Under the pieces are notes generated by a model. The model made no database searches. It was given only the letters and a program-made list of their open reading frames with translations, and had not been told where the DNA came from. The position numbers were made by a program, and so were the translations under genes. A DNA stretch of 64,000 bases, taken from assembly GCA_951406725.2 (NCBI GenBank), contig OX597825.1:76694001-76758000 (forward strand), given 5' to 3'. Of the stretch, positions 1-12,653 are shown piece by piece. How positions within the stretch are numbered: the stretch's first letter is position 1; every line of letters starts with the position of its first letter. Origin of the DNA: Octopus vulgaris. Its lineage: Eukaryota.

Positions 1-800
1 GAGAATATTCCATTCAAAATCATTACAAACTGAAGTGCTATATGAAAAAGTTGAGCTGATGAACCGAAAGAGGAAACTCTGTCCATAATGCTTCCAAACA
101 GCGTCCATCACACAACTTTCTTCACCAGTTTTACTATTTATTTCCTGCTTTTGTTTCCTTATTCAATGAACAGTGGGAAGATCAACATATTTTCCATGCG
201 CATTGTCCAACTATGTATAGAACAGCTGATGCGTGCATACTTACTTAAACATATGCATTTGTTATTATCTGAGATGTATGTAAATACATTCACATGTACA
301 CACACATACACACATCTGATCTTTTATGCATTGTGTAGATTCTTTCTTTTTGCATTCAACACTTCCTTTCTTCTCTCCTTCCTCCTTTTTTTTTTCTTTC
401 TCTGTTTGTTTCTTCCCTGTTCGTTTTTTCTCCCTAATTCAAAAAATGCTTTTTAAGGCTACACACAGATTCACAATCTCTGTAGATTTTACAGTGAATG
501 AGTATTGGATATTTTTGTTTGATGTTATTATATAGGATTTTGGTTGTGTGGTCGTGGTGAGAGTACTAGAGTATTTTGAAGAGTATAGGTCATTGTCAGG
601 AAAACTGCTTTGTAATGCCTACAGCCTACCTACCAACATACCTACCTACCTACCTACTAAACTTCCCACCCACACAAACACATAGAGACCTATCTAACTA
701 CCAACCTACAAACCAAAATGTTTATATCTATCTATCAATTCGTTTACCTACCAAGCTTTCTATCTACCTATCCGACAACCAGCCCACCTATTAACACATG

Positions 801-1006
801 TACCTACCTACCTACCTACCTACCTACCTACCTACCTACCTACCTACCTACCTACCTACCTACCTACCTACCTACCTATTTACCTACCTACCTACCTACC
901 TACCTACCTACCTACCTACCTACCTACCTACCTACCTACCTACCTACCTACCTACATACATACATACATACATGCACACGTACATACATACCTACCTACT
1001 TAGCGT

Positions 1007-1041
<35 letters not shown>

Positions 1042-1116
1042 GTGATTTATGTGAATGCCTATTTAACGTTTTTACGCACATACACACGTACATACATACA
1101 TACATACATATATATG

Positions 1117-1174
<58 letters not shown>

Positions 1175-1400
1175 TATATATATATATGTATATATATAAA
1201 TGTATATATGTATATATATAAATGTATATATGTATATATATAAATGTATATATGTATATATATATATATAAATGTATATATTATATATGTATATATATAA
1301 ATGTATATATGTATATATGTATATATATATGTGTATATATATATATGTGTGTATATATATATGTATGTATATATATGTAAATGCATGTATATATATATGT
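801..1400. repeat. Compound microsatellite: (CTAC)n, (TACA)n, (TATC)n, (TA)n with ATAAATGTATATATGT units
   Basis: Visible simple repeats; they explain the PTYL/YIYI ORFs. Confidence 0.95.
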
Positions 1401-2038
1401 ACGTATGCACATATATGTATATGTATGTTTGTGTATATGTATGTATGTGCCTTTGTTTCTATGTATGTGTGTATGTATTTATGTATCTATTTATGTCTAT
1501 ATATACCCACGCAGAAGTTCATATGTACACTGTATACACAAACGCACTCGCAAACTCCACACATATACCTATGAGTATCTGTGTGTATAAGTGTGCATAT
1601 ATATATGTATATATGTACACACATATATGTGAGTATATATGTACACACATATACACCCCACCATTTTAATAATATATAAAAAAACACACCGTAACCAAAA
1701 TGAATTAAAGAGGAAATTGTAAAGTTGCAATATCAACGGTTGGGTGCAGCGAATCAATTGAACACATGGATTCCCGATAAAAGATGATTGTCAGAGAGGA
1801 AAATTTGATTCCAACACAACTCTTGTATGAAGTTAGAATTATGTGGATGCATGCCAACTCACACACACACACACATATATACGTACACACACTCACATAC
1901 ACACGCGCACACATATGGGAATTCATCACCATGTTAGTGATTAAGGATATTTCATTTTGGTCGTAGCCTGTAGCTACTCTGAGTTTCCACGTAGGTATAC
2001 ACGGCCTTCAAGATGAATAGAAGTGAGGAATATGTATA

Positions 2039-2242
2039 TTTCTTTATTGCTCACAAGGGGCTAAACAAAGACAAGCAAAGACAGACCTCGACCCCAGTGC
2101 GTAACTGGTACTTTATTTATCGACCCCGAAAGGATGAAAAGCAAAGTCGACCTCGGCGGGATTTGAACTCAGAACGTGACGGCAGACGAAATACCGCTAA
2201 GCATTTCGCCCAGCGCACTAACGTTTCTGCCAGCTCGCCACC
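2039..2242 (-). mobile_element. SINE family 1 (tRNA-like head, Meta-domain-like core), internally deleted
   Basis: Reverse complement of GGCGAGCTGGCAGAAACGTTAG...GAGTTCAAAT...GAGGTCGACTTTG; imperfect direct repeat AGTGAGGAAT(AT)GTATAT on both flanks. Confidence 0.85.
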
Positions 2243-2272
2243 TAGTGAGGAATGTATATACACGTGTATATG

Positions 2273-2330
<58 letters not shown>

Positions 2331-2336
<6 letters not shown>

Positions 2337-2570
2337 CCGTCGGTTACGACGACGACTAGGGTTCCAGTTGATCCGATCAACGGAACAGCCTGCTCGTGAA
2401 ATTAACGTGCAAGTGGCTGAGCACTCCACAGACACGTGTACCCTCAACGTAGTTCTCGGGGAGATTCAGCGTGACACAGAGGGTGACAAGGCTGGCCCCT
2501 TTGAAATGCAGGTACAACAGAAACAGGAAGAAAAAATGAGAGAAAGTTGTGATGAAAGAATACAGCAGGT
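2331..2570 (-). mobile_element. 3' portion of a SINE-like dispersed repeat
   Basis: 2520-2570 matches 30345-30390 (the 3' part of a tRNA-headed SINE); a diverged copy lies at ~4580-4750. Confidence 0.65.
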
Positions 2571-2584
2571 TATATATACATATA

Positions 2585-2750
2585 GTTAATCCAAACAAGA
2601 AAGCACAAAAAAACACAACAACGCAAAAAAGAAGGAAAGAAGGAGGTTTTAACGTTTCGAGCGGAGCTCTTCGTCGGAAACATAGGAGAAGGAAAGATCC
2701 CGAGAAGGGAAGACAGAGGAAAAAGAAATCGCCAACGGTACACACGAGAT
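2585..2750 (-). mobile_element. Short element carrying a minimal hammerhead-like motif (Penelope pLTR/retrozyme-like)
   Basis: Minus strand GTTT-CCGACGA-A-GAGC-TCC-GCTC-GAAA-CGTTA-AAAC at ~2646-2681; flanked by TA/CT microsatellites. Confidence 0.55.
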
Positions 2751-2805
<55 letters not shown>

Positions 2806-2905
2806 GTAAATATGATGGTAATAAATTACAATAATTTATTACCAGTGGTTAGCATGCATAAATAAAATTCATGAGACATAACATATTTTTAAAAATATAA
2901 GAACG

Positions 2906-3140
2906 CATAAAATATTTCTATATAGAGAGGAGAGCCTTGACAGGTATCCTTACATGCTAGAAAGGGCAGATACAACCCAAACCCCTCGAGTTCGAGATTA
3001 GCTAATTCCTTTTTTGTTCGTTCTGGTGTTATAACAGCGTGCCTCATGAATTCTTCTTTTCGTGGTTTGGGTTTTAACTGCTCTTTCTAGCATGTAAGGA
3101 GTCCTTTCAAGGATCTCCTCTCTGTATAAAAATATTTATA
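2906..3140. repeat. Long imperfect inverted repeat (fold-back/MITE-like)
   Basis: Arms 2906-2983 and 3064-3140 are reverse complements (AGAGAGGAGA..CCTTACATGCTAGAAAG..ACCCAAACC). Confidence 0.85.
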
Positions 3141-3539
3141 CACTTTATATATATATATATGTATGTATTTTTGCGGTGCCAAAACATGAAAATGATCAAT
3201 AGAGATCTGTTGAGAGTGCATTGAGTTTGGTATATGTTAATTTATGTGCATATCGTGGGCATTGTTTCTCAAAGCATATAAGTTTTAAAACAGATCAAAG
3301 TGCTACAATTTATGTCTGACAGAAAAACTCCACAGTATCCGATGCCCTAACTCAATCTTTAATAAAAAATAGCGACTTTCTTACACGTCCATAAATCTCT
3401 CCTCAAGAATTTCAAAGGTCGTCTTGGAGCATGACAACAAGCTGCCATCTACTGACATATTCCGTTTACAATCATTCCAAATCTTTCAACCACCTTGATC
3501 ACTCGGGTGCTTATACGCACACAAACGTATGTACATATA

Positions 3540-3543
3540 TATG

Positions 3544-3600
<57 letters not shown>

Positions 3601-3675
3601 TATACATGTATTTATATATATATACATGTATTTATATATATACATGTATTTATATATATATATATACATGTATTT

Positions 3676-3707
<32 letters not shown>

Positions 3708-3732
3708 TTATATATATATATATACATGTATT

Positions 3733-3763
<31 letters not shown>

Positions 3764-3924
3764 TTATATATATATATATATATATACATATATACATGTA
3801 TTTATATATATATATACATGTATTTATATATATATATACATATATACATGTATTTATATATACATGTATTTATATATATATATATATGTATATATATTTA
3901 TATATATATATACATATATACATG

Positions 3925-3985
<61 letters not shown>

Positions 3986-4044
3986 ATATATACATGTATT
4001 TATACATATATACATGTATTTTTATATATATATATATTTATATA

Positions 4045-4136
<92 letters not shown>

Positions 4137-4165
4137 CATGTATATATATATATATATATATGTAT
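3540..4165. repeat. Higher-order microsatellite [(TA)n-CATGTATTTA]m
   Basis: CATGTATTTA recurs between variable (TA)n runs. Confidence 0.95.
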
Positions 4166-5434
4166 GTACATACATATACATACACACATATATTTATGTA
4201 TATACGTATACATTTATATGTACATATGTGTGTGTACGTGTTTGTATCTTTCATGACCAAAACCAGAATACATGAATACTTGTCAATAATGCAGGTATCA
4301 TATTAAAAATGGTGCCAATTTATAAAAGTTAGAAAGACATTCAAGAAAAAGGCAGCTACATAGAAAATGTAGATCGAATACCGAAGACAATAATATATAT
4401 ATATAGCTACATATGCATATAAATACACACACATGCATACATATATACACATTTACGTACACATAAATACATACGTTGAACAAGGAATCTAAGACCGTAT
4501 GTGTATGGCAAACGAATTAAATTCCATCAACTAGTTGATATATATATAACGCTAGGCTGTTGCTGGTGGTGGTTCTACGTCACTTGACTACGAGGATTCA
4601 TTTGCTCAATGAACAACTTAACCTGGACCTGAATTAATGTGTAAACGGTTGAGTATTCCATAGACGTTTGTATCTTTTATTCTTAGGTAAAAGTAACCTG
4701 ACACAGTGTATGACAAGGCTGTAGCTTTTGAATTACAAGTACAATTCATTCGACGGGTTTTTTTTACAGTTTCTTTCGATTCAGTTTCACTCGTGAGTCT
4801 ATAATAAAAGAAATTTGCCTAAGATATCACTCTGTGTGGTCGAACATATAATCTCGAGGTTGCGATGCGAACATCTTCTTCACCATTGGCCACAATGTGC
4901 TTACAATTATACGTGCATATATGCATGCATAAATACATACATACAGACATACATACTATATAAATCATACATACATACATACATACATACATACATACAT
5001 ACATACATACATACGTATTGTGGATTCAAGCAATCCGGTATTACTCGTAAAAATTGCACCTTAATGTATCATTGTACAAACCGTATACAATTTTTATTAA
5101 TATAGAAAAGAAAAGGCTAATGAAAGTAAAAAAGTCGCAAACGAGAGAAAAATATTTTGATGAACTTTTATTTAACAATTACTTGCTATGCGAGTACATC
5201 TCCGTAATATTTAACAAGAAAACTCCTAATATCACGACAAATCGACAAATTGTTTCGTAACTCAAAAACATGTAAATAATTTATATTACCATATTTAGTG
5301 ATGAATAAATTACTTACATGTCTACATTAATGTAAAATGCAAAAAGAATTGTTCAAAGCGGTGCCCCAACATGGCCACAGTCAAATGACTGAAACAAGGC
5401 CACAGCCTTAGAGCTGAAACATAAAAGAATAAAA

Positions 5435-5470
<36 letters not shown>

Positions 5471-5537
5471 TTTTATGTATGTATGTATGTATGTATGTAT
5501 GTATGTATATATATATGTATGTATGTATGTATGTTTG

Positions 5538-5599
<62 letters not shown>

Positions 5600-5664
5600 C
5601 ATACCCACATATACATACATTCATGCATACATAAATGTGTGTACTTTTTGAATTACAAGTTCTA

Positions 5665-5830
5665 TCCACGCCACGGGCTTCTATGCAGTTTCCGCCTATG
5701 CAATTTTACTCACAAAACATGGATTGATTCAAGGCTATAAAATTGACGTTAGTCCATAATGCCACACAGTGAGATTGAATGCAGGACCTTGCGGTTGGTA
5801 AGCAAACTCCTTATTCATTTGGTCGTATTG
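5665..5830 (-). mobile_element. SINE family 2, diverged copy
   Basis: Reverse complement resembles 36779-36935; similar decayed minus copies at ~4765-4905, ~30755-30905, ~55015-55105. Confidence 0.55.
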
Positions 5831-5929
5831 CTTGTTTGTTGGAGAAAAGGTACTCACAAAATAAGAAAGCTACTCAGCACTACGGAAAGCAAATTTAAAT
5901 ACAAGTTTAAAGTAATTTGTTGTGAGTAG

Positions 5930-6103
5930 GGAAGTCGAGTACACCGATGTCTGTATTCAACTGATATTTATTTTTATCGATCCCCGAAAAGATGAAAAGC
6001 AAAGTCGACCTCGACAGAATTTGAACTCAGAACGTGAAGACGGACGAAATGCCGCTAAGCATTTCACCCTCGCGTGCTAACGACTCCGTCAATTCACCGC
6101 CTT
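5930..6103 (-). mobile_element. SINE family 1, diverged
   Basis: GATGAAAAGCAAAGTCGACCTCGACAGAATTTGAACTCAGAACG...TCACCGCC. Confidence 0.8.
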
Positions 6104-6745
6104 AAATTAAGGAAATTTAAAACTTACTTAAATAATTCAATGAAATACTGCTACCTGTACATTAGGATAAAAGATACAACTTTATTAACACTGTACTGTG
6201 CAAGACACTGCCAAACAGTGCCGCGCAGTAAACTTCCCTGAATTTGATGTTCCTGCTCGTAACTTAGTTTGGATTATAAGAGGTTCCAGAGCATCAGTTG
6301 TCCTGAAAGTCGAGGTTGCATCCGTATATTGATTTCTTCAAACAATATCTTAAATCCTATAGCTAAAGATGATCTCTATAGATATATCGATATGTTTACG
6401 TTAGATGAGTTACTGACCTACTTTGTCATTGTGTGTCGGAGTTTTCCATGTTTGCTGGTTAGAATGTAAATGTTTTGTGCCATTACTTCACTAGTTTCAC
6501 GAAGGCATGTACAGAAATTGTCATTTGTACCTTTATTATAATATTCATCAACTATTTTCGTTAATTATAAGCCTGTTTTTAGCTTTAGTTTTTGTCTAAG
6601 TAATATTTATTGAGTTGGAAACCTGTGGTCATTTATCCCCTTTTGCAAGTAACACATCCATATCCGACTTGGTCATTTTAAATGCGATCTATGTAAGACA
6701 AAATAAACTTGTTATTGCCCGTTTGATTGTGATTTATTGGGGAAG

Positions 6746-6956
6746 TAAAGTATTTTTGACATACAAGTCGAATTTTTCAGACTGAAGTTTACAGTCAAAA
6801 ATAGGTAGGTCGACTCATACACCAAGATGGCTTTGGAGGACCCAAAACTCCACGTGAGATGCAGCAGGATTTAGAAAGATAGTGATGATGTTTGAATGCT
6901 TATACTACATGTTTATACTTTATACTACGTCGACTTGTATGCCGGAAAATATTGTA
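6746..6956. mobile_element. Non-autonomous Tc1/mariner-superfamily (pogo/Tc2-like) MITE
   Basis: Imperfect TIRs TA-AAGTATTTTTGACATACAAGTCGA / TCGACTTGTATGCCGGAAAATATTG-TA; internal GGTCGACTCATAC. Confidence 0.6.
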
Positions 6957-8147
6957 ATAATTTCTGTTTTCCGCACCTTGTTGCTTTTTTAACATTTTAA
7001 TAGAAAAGGAATTAGTTTCCTCGGCTGTTTAAAGGGATTTCAAGACTGGCGAGAGAAAGGGAGGTAGGATGGTACCTTCAAATTGGTGACCTGGTCCGAA
7101 TGTTTGTAACAGGGTGAACCCCGCTAAAGTCATTCAAAGTGCAAAGCGGTGGTGTTAAAACGGGTGAACTATTAAGTAGAACATGGTGGTAGAATTTGAA
7201 CTCTGAATCCAGAGCCGTAAGAATTATCACAAGGAAAGCGAGCTGACGTTTTTATGGCCTCCACGATCTATCGCACCGGAAGCATTGACACCCACCCTTA
7301 CCAAAAAGAAAAAAAAAATAAAGTGAAGTTTACTTCAACGGAATTAGAACAGAGAAGAATGCAAAGAGCTGGAACAAATACAACAGGGAATTCAGTCTGA
7401 AGGTACACCGGCTCGGTACTACATTTTATTTTCAAACTGGGAAAATAGGTAAAGTCTACCTTAGTAGGATTAGATATCAAAGTCCAGGGAGTCAGAATAA
7501 ATATCACGGTGCTTTGTTTTTCTTTCTTTTTTTTTTAGATATTCTAACAACTTTACTTGCCTGTTGCCGAAAATCTAAGGCTTTATACAATCCATTCCCC
7601 TAAATTTCTTAACATTCAAAAGGTTTTCTAATAATTTTTGACTGAATTTTCTAAAATACCGTCTTAATGTGGTTAAAATAATATCTTTTTTTCAATAAGT
7701 TCTTTTCTTAAAATCAACAGCCGTTTTTCATCAAAATTTTCATCTTTTCACCACTTTCAACCATTATCATTTTCAAAATTATTTTGAATGTTTTTTTCAG
7801 CATTCAAACTAATTTTTTCAAAGAATATCTTTTTTATCAATCTTTCTAAAGCTTGCTTCCTTATAAGGCATTCCTGGAATATTCGTCCGCCCTTAAACGC
7901 CTATGCATATATTAAACAGTCGTTCTGTAACCCTAAAATAACAACATAAAATGGCCACGAGTTAAATTCAAGCCACTCCTCACAAATGTATTTATATTCA
8001 CCATTCGACCCTCTTTTTTTCATCAATTTCTTTTAATCTTTCCTTTAATCTTTCGCTTTTTTCCTCTTTTTCTCTTTTCCTTATTTTAAACCTTTTCTTC
8101 AGCTTGAAGATTTTCAATTGCTCGTTCTGAAAAGATGAGAATGATCG

Positions 8148-8213
<66 letters not shown>

Positions 8214-8758
8214 TCATATATGTTTACATATATACATACGTACATACATATAAACATATATATATATCCATTTATGCAGGTATATAGTATATGTGTGAGT
8301 GTGTGTATGTCTCCCTCTTTGTATATCTATACATATGTGTGTATGCATGTATGTATGTGCATGTGTGGATGTGTATGTGTGTGTGCGTGCGCATGTATGT
8401 ATGTATGTATGTGTGTATGTATTCATAGGCACTAGTGTGTGATTGTTCACACATGTATTAGCGGACATACATATTTGATAGCTACAACGTGTATAGTTTT
8501 TTTTGCTAAATATTTGTGTGCAAATATTTCCTGTAAATATATGCATCTGCCTTTATTTCTCAGTCTGTAGAGACTCTGTCTGAACATTAATTCATCGCCA
8601 ATTCCTCCTCTACACAAGAATAAGCATACAAGCGGAACTTTGCAGTCCTATGCAGCTACATACAATAAAATCTATAGTAAACCATGTTTACTTGCTTGTA
8701 TGAAACTTGCATGTCCTATAAAAGTAATTTTGTGTAAATGCTGTAATATAGATTCATT

Positions 8759-8920
8759 GGCGCAGGTGTGGTTGTGTGGTAAGATATTTGCATTTCAATC
8801 ACATGGTTTCGGGTTCAGTCCCACTGCGTGGTGCCATGAGAATGTATCTTCTATTCTAGCTACGAACCAGACCAAGGACGTGCGAGTGGATTTGGTAGAG
8901 TGAAAGAAGGCAGTCGTATA
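8759..8920 (+). mobile_element. SINE family 2 (tRNA-like head GGCGCAGG..GTGTGGTAAG..GGGTTCAGTCCC)
   Basis: A/B-box-like head; homologous to 19439, 36779, 51505 and 53968. Confidence 0.75.
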
Positions 8921-8948
8921 TAAGTCGTTTCGGCTTTAATTATATATA

Positions 8949-9016
<68 letters not shown>

Positions 9017-9222
9017 AAATTCCTTTTTAATCTGCCTCAATTTACTTCCAGTTGTATAGCACATGTGCGGAAGTTTAAATATGATAATTCCAGCCGGAAA
9101 CCGAAATCGGTTTATAAGTGTTGACGAAAATAAACGAAAAATAACCGAGTTGACAGGATCTTACCTTGTTAATTTCGTCTTCCACTTTAGGTACCCGGTT
9201 ACAATATAAAATGTTGATTTTA

Positions 9223-9453
9223 GGCGGTGAGCTGGCAGAATCGTTAGCACGCCGGGCGAAATGCTTAGCGGTATTTCGTCTGCCGTTACGTTCTGAGTTC
9301 AAATTCCTCTGAGGTCGACTTTGCCTTTCATCCCTTCGGAATCGATTAAATAAGTACCAGTTACACACTGGGATCGATGTAATCGATGTAATCCTTTTGT
9401 CTGTCCTTGTTTGTCTCCTCAATATTTAGCCCCCTGTGGGCAATAAAGAAATA
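9223..9453 (+). mobile_element. SINE family 1, full length
   Basis: GGCGGTGAGCTGGCAGAA head to GCAATAAAGAAATA tail; decayed flanking direct repeat; a diverged minus copy follows at ~9480-9650. Confidence 0.9.
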
Positions 9454-10042
9454 AATATATAATGCTGGTTTTTAATTTTGGCAATTTGAAGGAGAAGAGG
9501 TAATCGGTTACCTCGATCCCAATGCTCATATGATGTTTATTTTATCGACCCCGAAATGATGAAAGGCAAAGTCCACCTCGGTGGAATTTGCACTCAGAAC
9601 GCAAAGAGCCGCCAGAAATGCCTCTAAAACGTTTGGCCATCGTGCTACGAAGATATGTGATGATAGTACAGTATTATGAGGCAGCTTCATATGACATGAA
9701 TATGAAAAGTTGTTTTGTATTAAGAGAGAGAGAGAGTAAAATTTCAGTATTATGACACTATGATGTATCTTAGAAGTATATTAGGTCATAAATATGATTT
9801 TACTATGACAATGCGCTATTATCATAGAATCGTCACCGCTTCTATTACAAGCAGTAAATTATTGCCATTATCATCGACGCAGCAGCGCCACCACCACCAC
9901 CACCACCAGCACATCATCATCATCATCATCATCATCATCATGTTCAAAGTTACAACATCAATAACAGCTTAAACAAGACACAAAACAAAATTATGCAAAG
10001 ATCAATATATAATATATACATATACATACATACATAGTACAT

Positions 10043-10074
<32 letters not shown>

Positions 10075-10451
10075 GTAGACACACACAACTATCGACTCTA
10101 TATACATACATATGTAGAAATATGTCTATGCACATAAGTATGTATATGTACAGACACACACACACAAACATATACACTCACACATACACACAAACATATA
10201 CACTCACACATACACACAAGCAATCGATTTTTTTTCAACACGGGGAAAAGGTATGGAAATTTGAGGAAAAAAAGTGATCGAACATTAATTTTATCGATTC
10301 CAAATCCTAATTGATTAAATTATTTCCGGGTATAACTTTTGATTATTAACATATTTGGGACGGGTGGGGGTATTTTATGCAGGGAATTAAGGGGCTACTT
10401 TTGAAATGATGTTTATGAGTGTGTTTATAGATGCAGGTGTTTTTACGTATT

Positions 10452-10547
<96 letters not shown>

Positions 10548-10663
10548 CATATATGTGTGTGTGCGCGCGCTGGGCTATAAGTATCAATATCTAAATGCAT
10601 TTTCCAACAAGGGACACATCTGGTATTTTATGCATAGACACGTATGCACACACACACACACAT

Positions 10664-10778
<115 letters not shown>

Positions 10779-10914
10779 TATATACTTACACACACATATA
10801 TAGATCAAGCAAATAAGTAATGTGAGATATAGGTTCGAGGAAAAATGCGGCTATCACAGTATGCACCTTTTACGGACTCGGTTACCAGTCTACATAGTAG
10901 TCATATGTATGTTT

Positions 10915-11242
10915 GAAAGACCCCCTCCCCGCCACTTCGGTCACAAATGACGAAGGTATTGCATCTAGAAATTTCCTCTCTGAGGTACAAGTCCAGGTAA
11001 GGTTACTTTACGGATGACCAGTAGTCGCCCATGCATACCAGTCTCCCTTCTCCACGCCACTGATGATGTCCAAAGGAAAGGCAAAGGCCGATACTGCTTG
11101 GCACCAGTGACATCGCTACTCACTTGTACAGCTGAGTGAAATGAAGCAACGTGAAATAAAGTGCCCTGCTCAAGAACACAACACAGCACGGTCAGGGAAT
11201 CGAAATCATAATCTCCTGATTGTAAACCCGATGCTCTAACAC
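10915..11242 (-). mobile_element. SINE family 3 (CORE-like TGTGTTCTTGAGCA segment)
   Basis: Reverse complement aligns along its length with 20107-20442. Confidence 0.75.
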
Positions 11243-11905
11243 ACATACATGAATGTATGTATATGCATACATAAATCTACTCATGTATATATCTAATATG
11301 TGCATGTATGTCTAAGTATGAAGTTGCACATGCACATACACAAGCGTACGCGAACGTATGAATATGCACAAGGACATACAAACACATACATGCAAACTCA
11401 TACACGCACGAGTAGTTTTTCAAACAGGAGGCAAAGAACTCAATACGTACAGTAGAGAATTTCTATTAATAACCGTGAGGCGGCGTAATTGGATCAGGGT
11501 CCGAGACTTTTGTAACAAACAACATTTCTAAAACAACCTTTCTGCGAAACTCTTAATACCTTGAACCACTTATACCGCTTCACATCTTATAAATAGTATA
11601 CATAAATAGATACACACACACATACACACACACACACATCGATCTGTCTATAAACACTTATGTATGTATATATGAATGTATAAATCTATGCCTATATCTC
11701 TATTTGAATCTATCTATCTGTACATACATCTCCAAGCACATACATTTGAAGGTTACTTAGAGACACAAAGCGTTTTATAAGAACCAGCCTATATATATAT
11801 ATGTGTGTGTGTGTGTGTGCGTGCGCGCGTGCGTGCGTGTGTATAATATTGAGTATGTTATAGAAAGTATGGGCTATTTACGGAGTGCTCGTAGAGAGCC
11901 AATGC

Positions 11906-12051
11906 GATATAATACAAAGCAGAGGAAGATGTTGATGTGAATAAATATATATGATTTAATTACATTGATTGCGTATCTTCATTTATGCGTTCGGGAATTT
12001 GGTTGACTGCCTAGGATTTGCATTTTCATTTTGCTCTACTTTGTATTATAT
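11906..12051. repeat. Small element with ~25 bp terminal inverted repeats
   Basis: ATATAATACAAAGCAGAGGAAGATG ... CATTTTGCTCTACTTTGTATTATAT. Confidence 0.6.
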
Positions 12052-12069
12052 ATATGTGTATATATTTAT

Positions 12070-12275
12070 GTGTGTTTCTGTGCTTGCCTCCCCGCCATCG
12101 CTTGACAACTGATGTTGGTGTGTTTATGTTCCCATAACTTAGCAGTTCGGCAAAAGTGATCGGGATAATAAGTACTTGGCTTACAAACGAATAAGTCCTG
12201 GGGTTGATTTCTTCGACTAAAACCCGGTGCTCCAGCATGGCCGCGGTTTACACGACTGAAACAAGTGAAAGGGTA
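12070..12275 (+). mobile_element. Dispersed repeat, probable 3' module of SINE family 2
   Basis: CGCTTGACAAC..GGTGTGTTTA..GGTGCTCCAGCATGGCC..GACTGAAACAAG; copies at 21915-22121, 37005-37222, 36535-36725(-), 5345-5435, 49372-49447. Confidence 0.75.
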
Positions 12276-12423
12276 AAAAAATATGCACACAAGTTCGTTC
12301 ATATATTCAAATACACATGCACACCGAAAGAAATACTCACATGCACACAATGCACAAATACATACACATTTATATATGAAGTAACATATGTGTGCACGTA
12401 TATATTAAAGGGAATATATTAAA

Positions 12424-12653
12424 GCGGCGAGCTGGCAGAAACGTTAGCACGCCGGGCGAAATGCGTAGCCGTATTTCGTCTGTCGCTACATTGTGAGTTC
12501 AAATTCCGCCGAGGTCGACTTTGCCTTTCATCCTTTCGGGGTCGATAAATTAAGTACCAGTTTCGCACTGGGGTCGATGTAATCGACTTAATCCCTTTGT
12601 CTGTCTTTGTTTGTCCCCTCTATGTTTAGCCCCTTGTGGGTAGTAAAGAAATA
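12424..12653 (+). mobile_element. SINE family 1, full length, young
   Basis: Near-consensus; ATATATTAAAGGGAA on both flanks (TSD). Confidence 0.9.

Noticed and set aside
50-95. CTGATGA..GAAA-GAGGAAACTC hammerhead-like string
   Set aside because: Only 3 nt for stem II, G at the cleavage position, and no stem I pairing
2013-2399. Recurrent ORF RPRKDERQSRPRRNLNS (also 9075, 22614, 45315, 60469, 61048)
   Set aside because: Antisense translation of SINE family 1, not a gene family
3431-4306. Long YIYI-type ORFs (also ~18 kb, 55.5 kb, 58 kb)
   Set aside because: Translations of (TA)n compound microsatellites
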